Shown piece after piece: positions 58,962 through 64,000 of a stretch of 64,000 nucleotides of DNA. Position numbers and translations under genes: made by a program. Within the stretch, counting starts at the first letter, position 1; each line of letters starts with the position of its first letter. The stretch is from Candidatus Hadarchaeum sp. (lineage in GTDB: Archaea > Hadarchaeota > Hadarchaeia > Hadarchaeales > Hadarchaeaceae). Location: the NCBI RefSeq assembly GCF_049969415.1, contig NZ_JBMFOX010000002.1, positions 32,001 to 96,000 on the forward strand, written 5' to 3'. The notes below the pieces were generated by a model, which was given only the letters and a program-made list of their open reading frames with translations, did no database searches and was not told the origin of the DNA.

Positions 58962-59834
58962 TTGGGGAGAGGAGTCGGTATCGCTTCTGCCTGCGCTTCA
59001 GCCACCGTGGTCAACGCCATCGCGGCCGGAAAGGGCGCGGCCTTCGGGATTGATTTGAGAGTTCAGGCGACGGTAAGAATAACCAAGCAAAGGAAGATAT
59101 CCGGTAGAATCTTGGGTGAGAAAAAAGAAAGCCCGAAGCTGATCGAGACTTGCGTCCGGCGGGTTCTGGAAAGCATTGGCCTAGAAAAAAGCGGGGCCGT
59201 TGTCGAGACCACATCTGAAATCCCAATTGCGGCGGGGTTGTCGAGCAGCAGCGCAGCCGCCAACGCAACGGTTCTGGCAACTTTCGCAGCCTGTGATCAA
59301 CGGCCCACGCCGGAGCAGGTACTGGAACTGGGAATTGAATCGGCCTTCGAAGCCGGAGTCACGGTGACAGGGGCTCTCGATGACGCGGCGGCATCATTCT
59401 TCGGTTGCGGTGTGATTACCGATAATTTGAAGCGAAGGATTTTGAAGAAATTTAAGGTGGATCCGCACCTGATGGTGGTGATTCACGTTCCGCCGAAGAA
59501 GTTTTACACTTCTAAAGTCAGCCCAGAAAAACTGCACCATCTGCGTGGCCCGATTAAGTCGGTTCATCGCATGGCCAGTCGCGGCGAAATCTGGAAGGCC
59601 CTGACCATCAATGGTCTGCTTTATTCCACCGCGCTTGGCCATGACTCGATGATTGCAATCGAGGCCATTTCCCAGGGCGCTGTGGCCGCCGGGCTGACCG
59701 GCACTGGATCCGCCACCGTCGCGGTCGCAGAACCGGATAAAGTTGTGGACATAGTCAAGGCCTGGCGAAATTGGCCGGGCAGGATATTGATCACCCGGCC
59801 CGCAGTTGAGGGCGCGAGGGTGGAGGGAGTCTGA
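58962..59834 (+). CDS. aroK: Archaeal shikimate kinase (GHMP family)
   Basis: TVVNAIAAGKGAAFGIDL, IPIAAGLSSSSAAANA, TGALDDA, GLTGTG. Confidence 0.9.
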   Translation: MGRGVGIASACASATVVNAIAAGKGAAFGIDLRVQATVRITKQRKISGRILGEKKESPKLIETCVRRVLESIGLEKSGAVVETTSEIPIAAGLSSSSAAANATVLATFAACDQRPTPEQVLELGIESAFEAGVTVTGALDDAAASFFGCGVITDNLKRRILKKFKVDPHLMVVIHVPPKKFYTSKVSPEKLHHLRGPIKSVHRMASRGEIWKALTINGLLYSTALGHDSMIAIEAISQGAVAAGLTGTGSATVAVAEPDKVVDIVKAWRNWPGRILITRPAVEGARVEGV

Positions 59835-60622
59835 TGGCTGGCGGTGATTTAAAGGAGATTCGGCGCAGGATAGATGAGATCGATGAAAATCTGATCAAGC
59901 TGCTCGCGGAAAGGCTCAGGATCTCTCGGGACATCGCCGTTTTGAAAAAGAAGCTTGGCGCTAAGATTAGGGACGAGGTGCGGGAACGCTATGTGATTGA
60001 TCGTGCCCGCAATCTGGCGCGGGAACTTGGCATAGATCCTGATTTTATTGAAAGCGTGATGAGGTTGGTCATGGCCCAGATGGTTGGCGAGGAGAAGTTG
60101 CATCTGGGCGGCGTGGGGGTCTGGAACTGGGTTCAGCAGGCCTTCAGGGATTATCCCGCCCAGATGAGCGTGGCAAGGGTGATGTTCAAATATGGTCTCA
60201 GGGTTCTTGAGGATGGCACGATTGCCTGTGGCAACATCAGAATCCCCGCGGTTCAAATAGCTAAGGAGGCCGGGGTTGACCGGAGGGTTGTTGATGCCAC
60301 CGCCCGTCGTATCCTCAACAACCGGAAGCTACGCGAGATCTTTGAGAATCTGGAGCCCATCGCCTATCTCAAGGGTTTTGCGCAGCAGCTCGGGCTAGGG
60401 GTAATCGAGATAATCCCCGAAGATGCTTCTAGGCCAGGGATACTGGAGGAGGTTACCGGGGTTATTGCCAAATTTGGACTTAGCATCAGGCAGTCGGTGA
60501 CTGATGACCCCCATTTCGTGCCGCAGCCAAAGTTAACCATCATCACCGATGAACCGGTGAAGGGAAAGGTTATCGAGGCGCTGAGGAGGCTGCCCAGCGT
60601 CAGAAGCGTGATAGTTTATTAA
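59834..60622 (+). CDS. Chorismate mutase (AroQ) fused to an archaeal HTH-ACT amino-acid regulator
   Basis: N-terminal LKEIRRRIDEID..LIKLLAER...RDEVRE; C-terminal YPAQ..VAR, IAKEAGVDRRVV and ACT-like PGIL.EV...SIRQ. Confidence 0.82.
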   Translation: MAGGDLKEIRRRIDEIDENLIKLLAERLRISRDIAVLKKKLGAKIRDEVRERYVIDRARNLARELGIDPDFIESVMRLVMAQMVGEEKLHLGGVGVWNWVQQAFRDYPAQMSVARVMFKYGLRVLEDGTIACGNIRIPAVQIAKEAGVDRRVVDATARRILNNRKLREIFENLEPIAYLKGFAQQLGLGVIEIIPEDASRPGILEEVTGVIAKFGLSIRQSVTDDPHFVPQPKLTIITDEPVKGKVIEALRRLPSVRSVIVY

Positions 60623-60629
60623 TTCAGAT

Positions 60630-60920
60630 TCAGAGCCTGACTAGCTGGGCGTGTGGCACCCCCGCTATTCTGAGCACGTTTCTTTTTTCGATAATTCCGG
60701 CATCAATCGCGTGGTCCACTATTGAGCCTAGCAGGTTGGCGATGGTGGCGTTACGCAGGGCTTGAATGCACTCGTCAATGGTGGCCTCCCTCCCGCAATA
60801 AAAAGATTCCTTGACCTCGATCTGAAATTTACCTTCCTTGAATTTTTTCCCCAAAAGCTCGCGGTCGCAGATGATGACCAGATTTTCGCCTTGAGTTTGG
60901 ATGATTCTTAGTAAGGGCAG
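60630..60920 (-). CDS. DUF424-family protein
   Basis: LVIICDRELLGKKFKEG, ESFY, ATIANLLG, IAGVPHAQ; the family N-terminus extends up to CTG 60920. Confidence 0.85.
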   Translation of the reverse strand: MPLLRIIQTQGENLVIICDRELLGKKFKEGKFQIEVKESFYCGREATIDECIQALRNATIANLLGSIVDHAIDAGIIEKRNVLRIAGVPHAQLVRL

Positions 60921-60922
60921 AT

Positions 60923-61333
60923 TTACACTCCCCTGACCGGATTGCGTGCCCCGCAGGCTTCACACCTCAGGACGTAAACCCGTTCCCGCTTTTCCAGCCT
61001 GGTGTCTGGTTTTCCGCATTCCTTGCAGAGTACGAACTCTTCAGCATAGCGTCGGATTCTATCCTGAACCACGACGGCCGAGAACTTTCCCTGAAACACG
61101 GCTTGGGCCCCTTGGATATCGCCGGCTGCTCCGAGCTCCCTAAGAAGATACTTCATCAGGTGCTCCGGCTCACGGTTGAAGGCCGCCGCAATGCTTTTGA
61201 AATTTCTGAGGATGGTTCGGTTGCCCACCGTGGCTACGTCGGCCTCGGGAATCTGAAAACGGGAGCTCTCAAAGACAGTTTTGGGCACCTGCTCGATTGC
61301 CCTTTCCAGCAACTTTTCGTAGTCCTCTTCCAT
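60923..61333 (-). CDS. eif2b: Translation initiation factor aIF2 beta subunit
   Basis: YEKLLERA, RFQIP, NRTILRNF, YLLRELG, CKECGKPDT, CEACGA. Confidence 0.94.
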   Translation of the reverse strand: MEEDYEKLLERAIEQVPKTVFESSRFQIPEADVATVGNRTILRNFKSIAAAFNREPEHLMKYLLRELGAAGDIQGAQAVFQGKFSAVVVQDRIRRYAEEFVLCKECGKPDTRLEKRERVYVLRCEACGARNPVRGV

Positions 61334-61337
61334 CCCC

Positions 61338-62048
61338 TCACCTCGCCAGCCTGAACTTACCCGCTGTTGGTTCAAATACATCACCCTCGACGAACATAAC
61401 CCTGAGGATGTCGTTGACTTGGGAAAGGCTCAGGTTCAGCTCGTTGGCTATCTTGATGGGCTCCACTCCCGAGCCCGTGTCGAGCTTATCAATCGCGATG
61501 GCCACTTTCTTCTTGAGTTCGTCGGGGACAACCGGAAGAGGCTCCTCCTCAGCCTCTGCGGCCTCGGTGCCTACTTCTTGAGTGGCGGTTATCTTCAGTT
61601 CCTTGGGCTCCAGCCTGGCGAACTTTGGTCGCACTCCCGCGGCAATTGCCTCCCGCCTTGTAGCAATTATCTCGAGTTCCCTCACCAGCTCCCAGTTGAG
61701 GTCTTCGACACGGATGAGAAGTTCCGGCGTGAGATAGATCTCCCCTTGAAATTCTCTCACCCTCCCGATGACGTCCACGGTGTCACCCAAGTTGAATTTG
61801 TCGAACTCCTTGGCGCCCTCCTGCCAAGCCCTGAGGCTGATCGTTTCACTTCCGTCGTCTATCCTCAGCGTCGCGTAGTTTTGGTCCTCCCGGATGAATT
61901 TATCGACCAAAGTCCCCATCACCCGAACCCTAGTGACCTGCTCACCCCAAGGCGTTAGAAGGAAGCTTGGCTGCGTGCCGTCGGGGGAGCGGATATACCG
62001 GCCCAGCACGATGTCCTCTATCTTCATCTTATAAGCCACGGGTCGCAT
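61338..62048 (-). CDS. RPA32-like OB-fold protein with C-terminal winged helix
   Basis: RVRVMGTLVDKF, IDDGSETISLRAW, VIGRVREF; C-terminal GDVFEPTAG. Confidence 0.8.
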   Translation of the reverse strand: MRPVAYKMKIEDIVLGRYIRSPDGTQPSFLLTPWGEQVTRVRVMGTLVDKFIREDQNYATLRIDDGSETISLRAWQEGAKEFDKFNLGDTVDVIGRVREFQGEIYLTPELLIRVEDLNWELVRELEIIATRREAIAAGVRPKFARLEPKELKITATQEVGTEAAEAEEEPLPVVPDELKKKVAIAIDKLDTGSGVEPIKIANELNLSLSQVNDILRVMFVEGDVFEPTAGKFRLAR

Positions 62049-62074
62049 TATAATCGTGGAATATCTGGGGTCGA

Positions 62075-62650
62075 ATGCTTATGAGCTTTCCGCGCCGGGT
62101 CAAGATTTTCAAGATCAGGACCACAACCGGGGTTAGGTTTCTTGGTCTGGCGGCGGGCATCTTCATGGTGGACAGCGTGGATGATTTCATCAGGAGGATG
62201 GTCCAAATGGACGCCGAGATGGATACCGTCACTCAAGCCTTTAACGCCTCTCGGGTTGCTGGGGCTGAGCATCTTGTCCATTCCTCACGTTTGGCCATTA
62301 TCGCGAATGAAAGAGGATGCGGCTTTGCCGATTGCCTTGCCGTCGAGCTCATCTGCTGGGCCGCCGCCGAGCGTCAGATTTACCGGGCCTTCGAGAAGAT
62401 TGGTGTTCGCCAAGGTAGAAATGCTCTCGCGGTGGCCTCAGTTGGTCGCCCTGAGGTCAGGGTGAAAAAGACGGTCGGAAAAATTTTTGATGAATTTGGA
62501 GCTGAATGGGATAACTCGTTGATGGACTTCCGGCAGGAAAAATCCTTGGGATTGCAGCGGATTTTTTCAATAACCCCTGAGGAAACTGCGGTGGCACCCC
62601 TCCAGAAAATAGTGCTTGAAAGGGTGGCGCTGCTGGCGCTGGCGAAATGA
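62075..62650 (+). CDS. cgi121: KEOPS complex subunit Cgi121
   Basis: QAFNA..VAG.EHL, ELICWAAAERQI..AFEKIGV, VLERVALL. Confidence 0.82.
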   Translation: MLMSFPRRVKIFKIRTTTGVRFLGLAAGIFMVDSVDDFIRRMVQMDAEMDTVTQAFNASRVAGAEHLVHSSRLAIIANERGCGFADCLAVELICWAAAERQIYRAFEKIGVRQGRNALAVASVGRPEVRVKKTVGKIFDEFGAEWDNSLMDFRQEKSLGLQRIFSITPEETAVAPLQKIVLERVALLALAK

Positions 62651-62651
62651 G

Positions 62652-62954
62652 TTAAACGAGTCTGAGCTGCGTCAATAATTCTTCAAACTCCTCGTCCTTG
62701 GCCACGCCGACGATCCTCGAGCATGCAGGCATGATGGGTTTGTCTGAGGTCACAATTTTTCCCTCATCGTCTATGGTGGCATATTTTCCCGAGAGCTTTT
62801 CCTTAGCTTCTGTCACGAGGCAGACAACTTCCCTTTCCGATCCCACATAAAGGTAATAGTAGTGTTTTCCTTGGTGGTGGTAATAAAAGAGCCAGCCCTG
62901 GTTGCGGGCGATGCTCAGCAGATCCTCTATTTCATTGCACCAGATAGTTCGCAT
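62652..62954 (-). CDS. Hypothetical protein
   Basis: 100-aa ORF coupled to the upstream PhoU/TrkA-C gene; aromatic-rich beta segment GKHYYYLY. Confidence 0.6.
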   Translation of the reverse strand: MRTIWCNEIEDLLSIARNQGWLFYYHHQGKHYYYLYVGSEREVVCLVTEAKEKLSGKYATIDDEGKIVTSDKPIMPACSRIVGVAKDEEFEELLTQLRLV

Positions 62955-64000
62955 ATGGCGCAGGCCTCCTTCTGGAACTTTTCAATGCCCTCAAATGATC
63001 CGCGCACGAGGACGATGTCGTTGGCCCTTAACTTAACGTTTCCTCCTGGGGTGATGATGTGCTTTCCGTCCCTCTTTATCACCAGCACATAGACTCCGAC
63101 CGTGCCCCAGAGGTTCAGCTTTTCGAGTGTTTTGTTGACGAATCTCGAATTCGGAGATATTTTAACCCGGCAGATTTTTTCCAGCGACTCTGAAAGGGCC
63201 TTGGCGAAGACCGGGTGTAGCTCTATTTTTCTAATGACGATATCGACTATCGAGTCGGCGGCGTCAGTTATCGATTCCATATATCTCGCCAGCTGGAGGA
63301 CACTGTTCAATTCCGCGATGTTTCTCCTTTCCCTTGCCGCGATTTTCAGGGTGTCCAGCCAGGCCTGGTAGTTGAACCTGTTGAAAGCCTCCTCTATTTC
63401 CCTGACTTCTTCAGCGACTTCGGTAGAGCCCAACATAAGTGAAGAGTAGGCTAGGTCCACGGCGATGTCGCTCAAGTCGCGCATTTTTGAAAGTTCTTTG
63501 CGGAGTTTTTTCAGTTTAGTTTCGATAGTTAATGGCCCCATCGGCGTCCCGGCCATTTCATGAATAATTCTCATCCCATAGGGCGGGCCTTTGACCACCA
63601 GCTCATCTTCTGCCAAGAGCTGAGCGTCCTTAGCTATTGGAGCCATCCATTCGTTTTTCCTCTTGATGGCCATGACCCAGACCCCAATGCTGGAGGGCAG
63701 CCTAAGGTCGCGTAAAGATTTGCTGTCGAGCGAAGATCCGGGCGAGATCTTCAGCTTGCATATCTTTTCGTCTGCAGCTTTCAGGGCGTCCTTTATCACC
63801 GGGTGAATGCCGATTTTCATTTTGATGAGGTCAGCAATGTCACCGGCGGCGTTAGAAATGGCCTCTGCCGAACTGGCTACTTGCAGGATTCCAGTTATCT
63901 TATGCGCCTCCCTGACGTTTCGGGCCGCGACAGCTGCCATGATTCTTATCGTGTACATCAGCTCGTCCATCTTTGACTCCAACTGATGCACTAAATCGGC
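62927..64000 (-). CDS. PhoU/TrkA-C (RCK-C) domain protein, potassium-channel associated; 5' end lies outside the window
   Basis: Duplicated PhoU-like helices (AEAISNAAGDIA; MRDLSDIAVDLAYSS, MESITDAA) alternating with TrkA-C domains (GVWVMAIKR; GVYVLVIKR). Confidence 0.82.
   Translation of the reverse strand, partial: ADLVHQLESKMDELMYTIRIMAAVAARNVREAHKITGILQVASSAEAISNAAGDIADLIKMKIGIHPVIKDALKAADEKICKLKISPGSSLDSKSLRDLRLPSSIGVWVMAIKRKNEWMAPIAKDAQLLAEDELVVKGPPYGMRIIHEMAGTPMGPLTIETKLKKLRKELSKMRDLSDIAVDLAYSSLMLGSTEVAEEVREIEEAFNRFNYQAWLDTLKIAARERRNIAELNSVLQLARYMESITDAADSIVDIVIRKIELHPVFAKALSESLEKICRVKISPNSRFVNKTLEKLNLWGTVGVYVLVIKRDGKHIITPGGNVKLRANDIVLVRGSFEGIEKFQKEACAICELSGAMK

Overview
A gene-dense window from an archaeal chromosome. 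Archaeal markers include rps24e, rps27ae, aEF-1beta, aIF2beta, a proteasome beta subunit, a histone, Cgi121, Trm5, Dph6, a GHMP-type shikimate kinase and TATA/BRE promoters. The gene mix suggests an uncultured anaerobic lineage such as Hadarchaeota, with TACK-like genes (Topo IB, single-OB SSB); this taxonomy is inference only. About 70 CDS cover housekeeping, purine salvage, Moco/Wco biosynthesis (two clusters), a putative purine/pyrimidine catabolic cluster, the shikimate pathway, glnA/gdhA and a type IV pilus-like locus. There is one tRNA-Arg(GCG). I saw no CRISPR array, transposase or integrase. The most unusual signals are: (1) a stand-alone, TATA-preceded 204-nt structured RNA between gdhA and glnA (53152-53355, minus) with a tRNA-like acceptor stem and encoded GCCA end but no tRNA core; (2) repeated use of CTG/ACG/ATC codons exactly 5 nt after a GGTG Shine-Dalgarno, the same spacing as many canonical starts; (3) apparently disabled enzymes (an ACD alpha subunit without its phospho-His loop, a proteasome beta without Thr1). 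All assignments come from reading motifs by eye; no database searches were run.
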